Shown here piece by piece: positions 1 to 6,641 of a DNA stretch of 64,000 nt. A program made the translations under genes and the position numbers. Position 1 is the first letter of the stretch; each line of letters starts with the position of its first letter. The stretch comes from Patescibacteria group bacterium UBA1406 (GTDB lineage Bacteria; Patescibacteriota; Microgenomatia; UBA1406), in the NCBI GenBank assembly GCA_002305675.1, contig DBQA01000006.1, positions 25,422 through 89,421 of the forward strand. The letters are read 5' to 3'. The notes under the pieces are model-generated. The model had not been told where the DNA came from. It did no database searches and saw only the letters and a program-made list of their open reading frames with translations.

Positions 1-221
1 CAGCAAGGGCGGCGGTGCAGGCGGTCCGGAAAGCCGTTCCCAAAAGGACTGTCATGGCCGTTCCCGTCTGTGCCGCCGAGACGGCCAGGAAAATGCGGAT
101 GGAGGTGGATGAGATGATCTGCCTGCACTCCCCGGAAAATATACAGGCCATTGGTCACTATTACCAGGACTTCAGCCCGACTAGCGACGCGGAGGTAGTA
201 TCGATCCTGAATAATTACTGA
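1..221 (+). CDS. C-terminal fragment of a putative phosphoribosyltransferase-family protein (5' end outside the window)
   Basis: The frame is open from the window edge. The C-terminal pattern VMAVPVCAAETARKM..VDEMICLHSPENIQAIGHYYQDFSPTSDAEV matches my recollection of the predicted-PRTase family C-terminus (VAVPV...DEVVCL..P..F.AVG.YY.DF.Q.SD.EV). Confidence 0.55.
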   Translation, partial: ARAAVQAVRKAVPKRTVMAVPVCAAETARKMRMEVDEMICLHSPENIQAIGHYYQDFSPTSDAEVVSILNNY

Positions 222-224
222 CGG

Positions 225-521
225 TCACTTCTCTTTGACCTCAAGTTTCTTGAAGTGGCTTCTTCTTAACAGCACGGCAATGACCGCGTAAACGGCGATA
301 TCTATCCAGGTCTCTTCCAGCGATTCGTTGGTGGGGTGTTGCCTGTTTATCAGGAGATGCTTAAGCCTGTTCAGTTTATCGCTGACCCTAAAAACAATCC
401 CCAACTCCCCGGTATCCAGGATGTTCCCTTTGCCGTAATCCTTATGCTTTTTCAGGAACATCGCCAGTAGCTCGCGATTGACGTTCTCGAACGCCTCGTC
501 CAAGGTTTTAGGTTTTTGCAT
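225..521 (-). CDS. DUF1599-like (nucleotide-modification-associated domain 1-like) small protein, 98 aa
   Basis: I use the internal ATG at 521..519 (MQKPKTLDEAF...). The longer track ORF (to 809) overlaps the divergent yibE/F-like gene. The motif KKHKDYGKGNI...GIVFRVSDKLNRLKHL resembles DUF1599 as I recall it. A TATAAT box lies 6 nt upstream of the ATG. Confidence 0.45.
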   Translation of the reverse strand: MQKPKTLDEAFENVNRELLAMFLKKHKDYGKGNILDTGELGIVFRVSDKLNRLKHLLINRQHPTNESLEETWIDIAVYAVIAVLLRRSHFKKLEVKEK

Positions 522-552
522 AATTGAATTATAAACGATTATAATATGGGAG

Positions 553-1644
553 ATGAAAAGAATCATCGCTTTCATTTCAATCTGGGTATTGTTGTTGTCA
601 GGGAGCGCCGGAACGGTCTCATCGCAGGAAAGGGACTCCTCGGGCCAGGAGTACGCGGAAGCACGGATAATCAAGATCCAGAGTGAAAGAGTCCCCCAGG
701 GGCAGGTGGAGATGGTCAGGCAAAGTCTGAAAATAGAGATCCTGTCAGGCCGGAACAAGGGTAAGCAGGTGGAAACGTTGAACGTCATTCCAGATGTCCG
801 AAAAGGCATCCAGCATCAGCGGGGTGACGTTGTCATCGTGACCATGTCGGAAGGCCCGGATGGTGAGTTACAGGTCATTATTACGGATTTTGAAAGAAAG
901 AAACCGTTAGCGGTTCTGTTCCTTCTCTTCTTGGTCCTGGTTTTCGTGGTCAGCCGCAGACAGGGGCTGTTGTCGTTCGCGTCTATGGTGTTGTCGTTTT
1001 TGATAATCATCTTCTATCTAATACCTCGAATATTGGCCGGCGATAACCCGGCCCTGGCATCAATGATAGCCACCCTCGGGATAGCCCCGCTAACCTTTTT
1101 CCTGTCCCACGGTTTTAGCCGTAAAACTTCCGTCGCTCTGGTCGGGACCGTCATCACCATCGGCCTGGCGATAGTGATGGCGACTTTGGCCATATACTTT
1201 GTAAAGCTGACTGGATATGCCGATGAGCAGGCTGCTTTTCTTCAACTGATGGGAGGACAAAGCATTGACCTGAGGAACCTTCTTTTGGCGGGGATAATCA
1301 TCGGTTCCCTCGGCGTACTTGACGATATCACCATTTCGCAGGCGGCCATCGTCGAGAGGCTGTACCAGGCCAACCCGAAATATAGCTTTACCAAGCTCTA
1401 CCAGGAGACGATGTCCGTCGGTAACGACCACATTGCCTCCATTGTCAACACGCTGATCCTCGTCTATGCCGGAGCAGCCTTACCGCTATTTCTGATCTTC
1501 AGCAACACCACCCTCAGTTTTGGCCTGGCCATCAACAGCGAGATCGTCGCTACGGAAATAGTCAGGACGCTCATCGGGAGCATCAGTCTGGTCGTTTCCG
1601 TTCCCCTGACTACCTTTCTGGCCTGCCTGGCCATCAGGAAGTGA
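553..1644 (+). CDS. YibE/F-family integral membrane protein
   Basis: 363 aa with an N-terminal signal/TM and a soluble beta-rich domain, followed by multiple TM helices. The conserved stretch LGVLDDITISQAAIV..L......MSVGNDHIASIVNTLILVYAGAALPLFL is typical of YibE/F. Confidence 0.7.
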   Translation: MKRIIAFISIWVLLLSGSAGTVSSQERDSSGQEYAEARIIKIQSERVPQGQVEMVRQSLKIEILSGRNKGKQVETLNVIPDVRKGIQHQRGDVVIVTMSEGPDGELQVIITDFERKKPLAVLFLLFLVLVFVVSRRQGLLSFASMVLSFLIIIFYLIPRILAGDNPALASMIATLGIAPLTFFLSHGFSRKTSVALVGTVITIGLAIVMATLAIYFVKLTGYADEQAAFLQLMGGQSIDLRNLLLAGIIIGSLGVLDDITISQAAIVERLYQANPKYSFTKLYQETMSVGNDHIASIVNTLILVYAGAALPLFLIFSNTTLSFGLAINSEIVATEIVRTLIGSISLVVSVPLTTFLACLAIRK

Positions 1645-1756
1645 CCGTCTCTTCCTCGTCGTCCTCGGTTTCCTCTTCCATATCCTCATCTTCATCGTCC
1701 ATGTCCAGCTCGGTCTTGGGCATATTATCATCATCCAGAACGTCCATCGACCTCAT
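1634..1756 (-). CDS. Possible 40-aa extremely acidic micro-ORF (MRSMDVLDDDNMPKTELDMDDEDEDMEEETEDDEEETVTS)
   Basis: Hand-translated from the minus strand. GGGGG lies 9 nt before the second ATG (1747) and TATAAT is upstream (1765..1770, minus strand). It overlaps the yibE/F stop by 11 nt. It could be a compositional artefact. Confidence 0.15.
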   Translation of the reverse strand: MRSMDVLDDDNMPKTELDMDDEDEDMEEETEDDEEETVTS

Positions 1757-1911
1757 CCCCCTTCATTATAATGTAGCATTCAGGGCTATGTTATGGCCTT
1801 CCAATCAAGGCGGCATAAAAGCCGGGTAAGAATGACGTTAGAACATCCGTTGACGAATCCACATTTAGTTTGCTAAATTAATAACAGTTTATATAGTCGA
1901 AAGGAGCGTAC

Positions 1912-3066
1912 ATGCTTGAGGCTAATCCCGGATCAGGTCGGGGTATTGTGCGTTCTACAGACCGTAATACGCTAGCCGTTGACCTCATATCACGCATCCT
2001 GAACGAAGCCCCGGTTTCCATCACCTATGTCGGCAGGGACCTAATATACAAGGAGTGCAACCAGGAGGGGGCCAGGTCCATGGGGCTCACCCGCGAAAGG
2101 GTCATTGGCCGGCATCTGCACCAGGTGGTACCGGAAAGGCCGGAACTGTGGCGGACCGTAGAAAAGGTGATCGGGACGGGCAGATCGGTGCACAGTCTGC
2201 CGGTGCAGGTGACCTGGCCCTTCCGTCCCACAGATGGGCCGCTTCACTACCTGATGTCCTGTATAGCCGACAAGGACGCTGCCGGACATGTCCTCGGCGC
2301 GGTCGTGGTCAGGCTCGATGTGACGGACCTTGTCAGGACCGGAGAAAGATTGGAGAGGCAAACAGAGCTTTTGGAAAGGCTTAAGGAAAGAAAAGACAGA
2401 TTCATCAGTATTGCCAGCCATGAGTTGAAGAACCCCATCACCACCATCAAGGGCTATGCTCAGCTTCTGGAAAAATACCTTGGGAAAGACAAGGACCCAA
2501 AACTCCATCAGTTCGCCCAAAACATATCACTCCAGGTTGACAAGATAAGCCTGCTCATCAACGATCTGCTGGATGTTTCAAAAATCGAACAGGGGAAGCT
2601 GGAATTAAGGAAGCACACATTTGATATTACGAAACTCATCAGACGCATCGCCACTGAGATGCAAAAGAACAGCCCCAGGCACCACATCAGGTTCGGGGTG
2701 AGAAAGAGACACGAGGTCTACGCCGATGAGGACAGGATTGGCCAGGTATTGATCAACCTGATCAGCAACGCCATCAAATACTCGCCCAAAGGAGGCGATA
2801 TCATTGTCGGATTGGACGATGAGGACAGGGCACTGACGGTCTCCGTCAAGGACATGGGGATAGGTATAAACAAGTCCGATATCCCCAGGCTGTTCTCCAG
2901 GTTCTTCCGTTCCACTCGATCCGCCGAAAGTCGGATCAGCGGTTCTGGACTTGGCCTTTTTATCTGCAAGCAGATCATCAGGAAACATGGCGGCCTTATC
3001 TGGGTCAAAACCAAACCCCATAAAGGCTCGACCTTTTATTTCAGTCTGCCAAAGGAGACAGGCTAA
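1912..3066 (+). CDS. PAS-domain sensor histidine kinase
   Basis: AAGGAG Shine-Dalgarno (SD) sequence 6 nt upstream. The H-box is FISIASHELKNPITTIKGYAQLL. The N, G1 and G2 boxes are LINLISNAIKYSP, VKDMGIGI and GSGLGLFICKQII. The N-terminal ~150 aa is PAS-like. Confidence 0.9.
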   Translation: MLEANPGSGRGIVRSTDRNTLAVDLISRILNEAPVSITYVGRDLIYKECNQEGARSMGLTRERVIGRHLHQVVPERPELWRTVEKVIGTGRSVHSLPVQVTWPFRPTDGPLHYLMSCIADKDAAGHVLGAVVVRLDVTDLVRTGERLERQTELLERLKERKDRFISIASHELKNPITTIKGYAQLLEKYLGKDKDPKLHQFAQNISLQVDKISLLINDLLDVSKIEQGKLELRKHTFDITKLIRRIATEMQKNSPRHHIRFGVRKRHEVYADEDRIGQVLINLISNAIKYSPKGGDIIVGLDDEDRALTVSVKDMGIGINKSDIPRLFSRFFRSTRSAESRISGSGLGLFICKQIIRKHGGLIWVKTKPHKGSTFYFSLPKETG

Positions 3067-3599
3067 TCGGGCATATTGACCTTTCTGATCTGGTCGGCAC
3101 CGTAATCCCGGAGGATGTTTTCCGCTCTTTTTCCGTTAGACGGTACGGCCACCAGCACGCCACCTTCCCTGATCCTTCTCTCATAGTCGCGGGCCGTTTC
3201 CTCGGGCACACCCATGTTTGTCAAAGCTCCGACCAGTCCCCCAGCCAGAGCTCCGGTGACCGCTCCGGAAACCGTCGTCGCCGCCGCTCCTGTCAATCCA
3301 AGGGCAGCCGCCACCGGCCCTCCGATAAGAAGAGCGCCTATTCCCGGCACCGTTATCACTCCGATGCCTATTAGAAGCCCTGCCAGAGCACCCAGAGTGC
3401 CACCAACGGCCACTCCTTCCGCAGTTCCGGCTGCCACCTCCTCCGCTCCTCTTCGGGGTGCTTCCCTGCCCTCCCAATCACGGGTAATGACGGATATTTG
3501 CTTGACGTCGAATCCTTTATTATCAAGCTCGTCGATCGCTCGGTTCGCATTTTCCCTACTGTCGAATACTCCCAATGTTACTTCAGCGATTGTAATCAT
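3063..3599 (-). CDS. General-stress-protein-like (YflT/GSP17M-type) protein with a central glycine-zipper membrane segment
   Basis: The N-terminus VGVFDSRENANRAIDELDNKGFDVKQISVITRD resembles the YflT-type domain. The middle is Gly/Ala-rich hydrophobic (GGTLGALAGLLIGIGVITVPGIGALLIGGP...). The C-terminus is GVPEETARDYERRIREGGVLVAV. Confidence 0.55.
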   Translation of the reverse strand: MITIAEVTLGVFDSRENANRAIDELDNKGFDVKQISVITRDWEGREAPRRGAEEVAAGTAEGVAVGGTLGALAGLLIGIGVITVPGIGALLIGGPVAAALGLTGAAATTVSGAVTGALAGGLVGALTNMGVPEETARDYERRIREGGVLVAVPSNGKRAENILRDYGADQIRKVNMPD

Positions 3600-3688
3600 C
3601 TCCTTTCCAGGTTAAAATAAAGCAGACAATTCAACACCTGATTAGATTGACGTAAGAAGTTTGTAAACTGTTCTGGTAAAATTAATAA

Positions 3689-4432
3689 ATGTCCGTACTT
3701 CTCTATAGTTTTTTGGCCACTTTTGCCGTCAGTCTGGTGTCTTTTGCGGGAGCACTGACCTTTTTGCTGAATGCCAAAAGACTGAACAGGTTTCTGATCC
3801 TCCTTATAGGCCTGGCGGCCGGGACCATGATCGGAGGCGCATTCATCCATCTTATTCCCGAAGCGGTCGAGGAATACAACCATGATCGCACCTTCCTATA
3901 CGTTTTGGTAGGCTTCTCAGCCTTCTTTGCCGTGGAACGGCTCCTGCATTGGCATCATTGCCATCAACAGACCAGAAAAGACCATGTACATACCTTTACT
4001 TACATGACCTTGATCGGGGATACGGTCCATAACTTTCTGGACGGTGTGTTCATCGCGGTGAGCTTTGCGACCGACATCAGGCTGGGAGTCGCGACAACCG
4101 TGGCGGTCATCATGCATGAGATCCCACAGGAGATTTCCGACGTGGGGGTGATGGTCTATGGTGGGTTCAGTAAACGGAAAGCCCTCTTCTTTAACTTCCT
4201 GACCGCGTTGGCGGCAGTGGCCGGAGCGCTGGCCGGCTATTTCCTGACCCTCGATAATTTTATGGGATATATTCTGCCGTTCATAGCCGGGGGCTTCCTG
4301 TACGTTGGCGCTTCGGATCTAATTCCGGAGCTCCACAAAGAACAGAGAACTAATAGATCGTTCTACTCGTTCGTTTCTTTCCTGGTAGGGCTGATCATAA
4401 TGTACTATCTGAGGGTCGTACTCGAAGGATAA
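3689..4432 (+). CDS. ZIP-family divalent metal (Zn/Fe) transporter
   Basis: 247 aa and multi-TM, with a His-rich loop (HWHHCHQQTRKDHVH) and the ZIP signature HNFLDG....IMHEIPQEISD. Confidence 0.85.
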   Translation: MSVLLYSFLATFAVSLVSFAGALTFLLNAKRLNRFLILLIGLAAGTMIGGAFIHLIPEAVEEYNHDRTFLYVLVGFSAFFAVERLLHWHHCHQQTRKDHVHTFTYMTLIGDTVHNFLDGVFIAVSFATDIRLGVATTVAVIMHEIPQEISDVGVMVYGGFSKRKALFFNFLTALAAVAGALAGYFLTLDNFMGYILPFIAGGFLYVGASDLIPELHKEQRTNRSFYSFVSFLVGLIIMYYLRVVLEG

Positions 4433-4475
4433 AAAAATGCATTACCTGAAAGAGATCCAAGTAATGCATTTTTTC
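4431..4475. terminator. Bidirectional intrinsic terminator between convergent genes
   Basis: A perfect 9-bp stem ATGCATTAC (4437..4445) pairs with GTAATGCAT (4461..4469) around a 15-nt loop. It is flanked by an A-run (4431..4437) and a T-run (4469..4474). Confidence 0.55.
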
Positions 4476-4488
4476 ATATACCAGACGG

Positions 4489-4665
4489 TTATTGTCCGAG
4501 CTTCTTGAGGTCTTCCTTGCCCAATATCTTGAAGAGCTTCAGTGTCTGACCGCCCCTCTCTACTTCGGCCTGGGCTGCCTTGCGGCCGTTCTTCATTGTC
4601 ACCACTTTTACCTTATCTTCGGGGACCTCTACGGATTCCTTTAGTTGGACGCTGTAGAATTTCAT
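4489..4665 (-). CDS. Small basic hypothetical protein (58 aa)
   Basis: I prefer the ATG at 4665 (MKFYSVQLKE...), which has GGAGGTG 6 nt upstream. The GTG start in the track (4674) abuts the SD. I recognise no family confidently. Confidence 0.5.
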   Translation of the reverse strand: MKFYSVQLKESVEVPEDKVKVVTMKNGRKAAQAEVERGGQTLKLFKILGKEDLKKLGQ

Positions 4666-4824
4666 CGATTTCACCTCCTCCCTGTGGTTTTTGGATTACT
4701 AAATCCTGATATACGAGAAAGTATATTCATTTTTGCGCGGTTGTCAAGCTGGCGCACAAACCTCTTACATATCTTAAACAGCTTTACCAAAAAAAATTAA
4801 CACGGTTTTAATATATTTCGGCTG

Positions 4825-5283
4825 ATGGGAACGCTAACGGATCTGTCCGATGGTGCGTGGTACCAGCCGAGCGGCGATAGAGAAGTTGAGATAATGACCG
4901 GGCTTCTGGATCTCGGGGCTGCGGATATGGCCGTGGACCTTGGGGCGGGTGACGGGCGTATAGTGATTGCCATGGCCAAGAAAGGAGCTCATGCGGTGGG
5001 ACTGGAAAAGGACGGGCGGCTGGCCGAGATCGCCCGGGCAAACATATACAGGTCCGGGTTCTGGGATTTCGCAGAGATATACAATATCAATTTCTGGGAT
5101 AAGGATCTGTCAGCATTTAACAAGGTGGCATTATTCCAATACCACACGGTCATGGAGCGTCTGGAGCGGAAACTGATGCGTGAGCTGTCCCCGGGTAGCC
5201 TGGTCGTGTCGCATCATTGGCGGTTCCCTGCCTGGCGGGCTGAGAAACAGGTCGGCGACATCTATCTCTACCGAAAGTACTAG
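4825..5283 (+). CDS. Small class I SAM-dependent methyltransferase
   Basis: Motif I is AVDLGAGDGRIVIAMAKKG. It shares its layout and the C-terminal pattern (L.RKL.REL.PG.LVVSH) with the ORF at 55676..56224. Confidence 0.6.
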   Translation: MGTLTDLSDGAWYQPSGDREVEIMTGLLDLGAADMAVDLGAGDGRIVIAMAKKGAHAVGLEKDGRLAEIARANIYRSGFWDFAEIYNINFWDKDLSAFNKVALFQYHTVMERLERKLMRELSPGSLVVSHHWRFPAWRAEKQVGDIYLYRKY

Positions 5284-5404
5284 GGCTGGGACTAATCGAC
5301 TATGTTGGAACTTATTATAGAGAATATCTTTACAAGGATAAAGTCATGGCTTATGCCTGATTATTTTAATTGGGGAAAGAGTGAAAAAAGTCTATAATTA
5401 AACT

Positions 5405-5947
5405 ATGAAACTGTTGAAATCCAACAAACTACCTTTAATAGGAATCTTGGTAATGGTTTCACTGCTTATCGCCCTTACGATATGGAGAGGTCAACAAAAC
5501 TCACTTGCAGAAAACGCTAAAGCTCCAGGGAACGATTGGGACTCGCCTAAAAGAATTGAGGATTACTTCGTTAATGATATGCATATTCCGTCTGATGAAG
5601 CGAAAAGATATGCGGATGTTGGAGTTTCGTTTTATGTGAGAAAAGACAGTACATTGGATGGTATAGTCGGTAATTTAGCCTACTATGGCATTGTCAGGGA
5701 TGAAGAAACTTTACGATACGCTCTGAAGCACACAAATGATACAGCTCCTGGCAAGGAAGGTGCGATTAAGGTAGATGACGAGAGATCGATTGATCTGGCA
5801 GCGTATGGATTATCGAGGAATATGGACACTTGGCAGGTAGCCGATGCTCTGCTCAATAAACCTCATTTCGTCAATCTGACAGAATATACCTATATGTTTA
5901 TGCCTGGTGACCCGAATGATCGAACTGGCCCAAGGGCGAGTGAATAA
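5405..5947 (+). CDS. Hypothetical membrane-anchored protein (180 aa)
   Basis: An N-terminal TM/signal anchor (LPLIGILVMVSLLIALTIW). Codon usage is AT-rich like the island. TATAAT lies 6 nt upstream of the ATG. No family recognised. Confidence 0.45.
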   Translation: MKLLKSNKLPLIGILVMVSLLIALTIWRGQQNSLAENAKAPGNDWDSPKRIEDYFVNDMHIPSDEAKRYADVGVSFYVRKDSTLDGIVGNLAYYGIVRDEETLRYALKHTNDTAPGKEGAIKVDDERSIDLAAYGLSRNMDTWQVADALLNKPHFVNLTEYTYMFMPGDPNDRTGPRASE

Positions 5948-6068
5948 CTTTTTCCCAGATTCGTTGATTCACGCTTTTGAATAATCGTTCATGGGCATTG
6001 ATTAACGCCTGTAAGAACTTTTCCTTTTCGGTCAAGGACGCTTTAGTGAGGTTGGTTTTTACTTTCAT
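5898..6068 (-). CDS. Possible 56-aa ORF or gene remnant immediately downstream of ygjP-like gene
   Basis: Hand-translated as MKVKTNLTKASLTEKEKFLQALINAHERLFKSVNQRIWEKVIHSPLGQFDHSGHQA. Its ATG lies 3 nt after the ygjP-like stop. Its last 50 nt overlap the convergent ORF 5405..5947. Confidence 0.2.
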   Translation of the reverse strand: MKVKTNLTKASLTEKEKFLQALINAHERLFKSVNQRIWEKVIHSPLGQFDHSGHQA

Positions 6069-6071
6069 AAT

Positions 6072-6641
6072 TCAATTCAGCATCAAACCTTTGGATTTGA
6101 GTTCATGGACCAATTCCTTATAGTTAGGCAATACACTTGCCAGTAAGTTCCAATATCTTCGGGAATGGCTAAACTCCTTCAAGTGGCACAGCTCATGAAT
6201 CACAATATAATCAGCCAAATGATCAGGAAGTAAGACGATCCGCCAGTTAAAGTTTAGGTTCTTCTTTTTTGAGCAACTACCCCAGCAAGTTTTCTGGTCT
6301 TTAATAGCCACCTTATTGAACTTGAATCCAAACTTGCGGTTGAAGCGTTTGACCTTTTCTTCTACCAGCTCCAATGCTTTCTGCTTGAGAGTATCACTAT
6401 CCATATCTTCATAGGCTTTAGGCTGATTCTTTTTCAGTCCTTCAAAAAAGTCAATCTTTTCCAATACCCAGCGTGACTTTTGGATCAGATACTGGTCAAT
6501 GGTATTGGATTTGAGGGAATTTGGGACTGTTACTACAAAATCTCCTGTGCAATAGACAGTTAAGCGCATCCTCTTGGCTCTTTTACTGCGTTTGAGGGTA
6601 TAGGCAACTTCCCGATTGTGCAGTTTAATTTGTTTTTGCAT
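6072..6641 (-). CDS. YgjP-like M48/DUF45 zinc metallohydrolase
   Basis: 189 aa with an HExxH motif in IVIHELCHLKEFSHSRRYW. The start overlaps the hsdR stop (TAATG). This family is commonly linked to type I R-M loci. Confidence 0.8.
   Translation of the reverse strand: MQKQIKLHNREVAYTLKRSKRAKRMRLTVYCTGDFVVTVPNSLKSNTIDQYLIQKSRWVLEKIDFFEGLKKNQPKAYEDMDSDTLKQKALELVEEKVKRFNRKFGFKFNKVAIKDQKTCWGSCSKKKNLNFNWRIVLLPDHLADYIVIHELCHLKEFSHSRRYWNLLASVLPNYKELVHELKSKGLMLN

Noticed and set aside
1641-1829. Plus-strand poly-Ser ORF (62 aa)
   Set aside because: It starts at the yibE/F stop with no start context and is extremely low-complexity. It is most likely the mirror frame of an acidic or repetitive stretch.
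2025-3615. Multiple overlapping ORFs in both strands across the histidine kinase and the glycine-zipper gene (e.g. 2041..2520, 2605..3021, 3181..3477, 3214..3615)
   Set aside because: The kinase motifs fix the plus-strand frame, and the YflT-like N- and C-termini fix the minus-strand frame. The alternatives are Gly/Ala/Pro/Arg-rich mirror frames.
4489-4674. Small basic protein as an MC1/Cren7-like chromatin protein
   Set aside because: The only resemblance to MC1 is a vague local one (NGRKAAQAEVERGG). Length and overall pattern do not match, so it is kept as hypothetical.
5284-5306. Possible left att repeat: GGGCTGGGACTAATCGAC versus the tRNA-Gln 3' flank GTGCTGGGGGACAGGGATTCGAAC
   Set aside because: There are only scattered identities (GCTGGG, GAC, AT(T/C)GA) with indels. 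That is too weak to call by eye, and serine integrases do not require long repeats. It is left as an unverified hint only.
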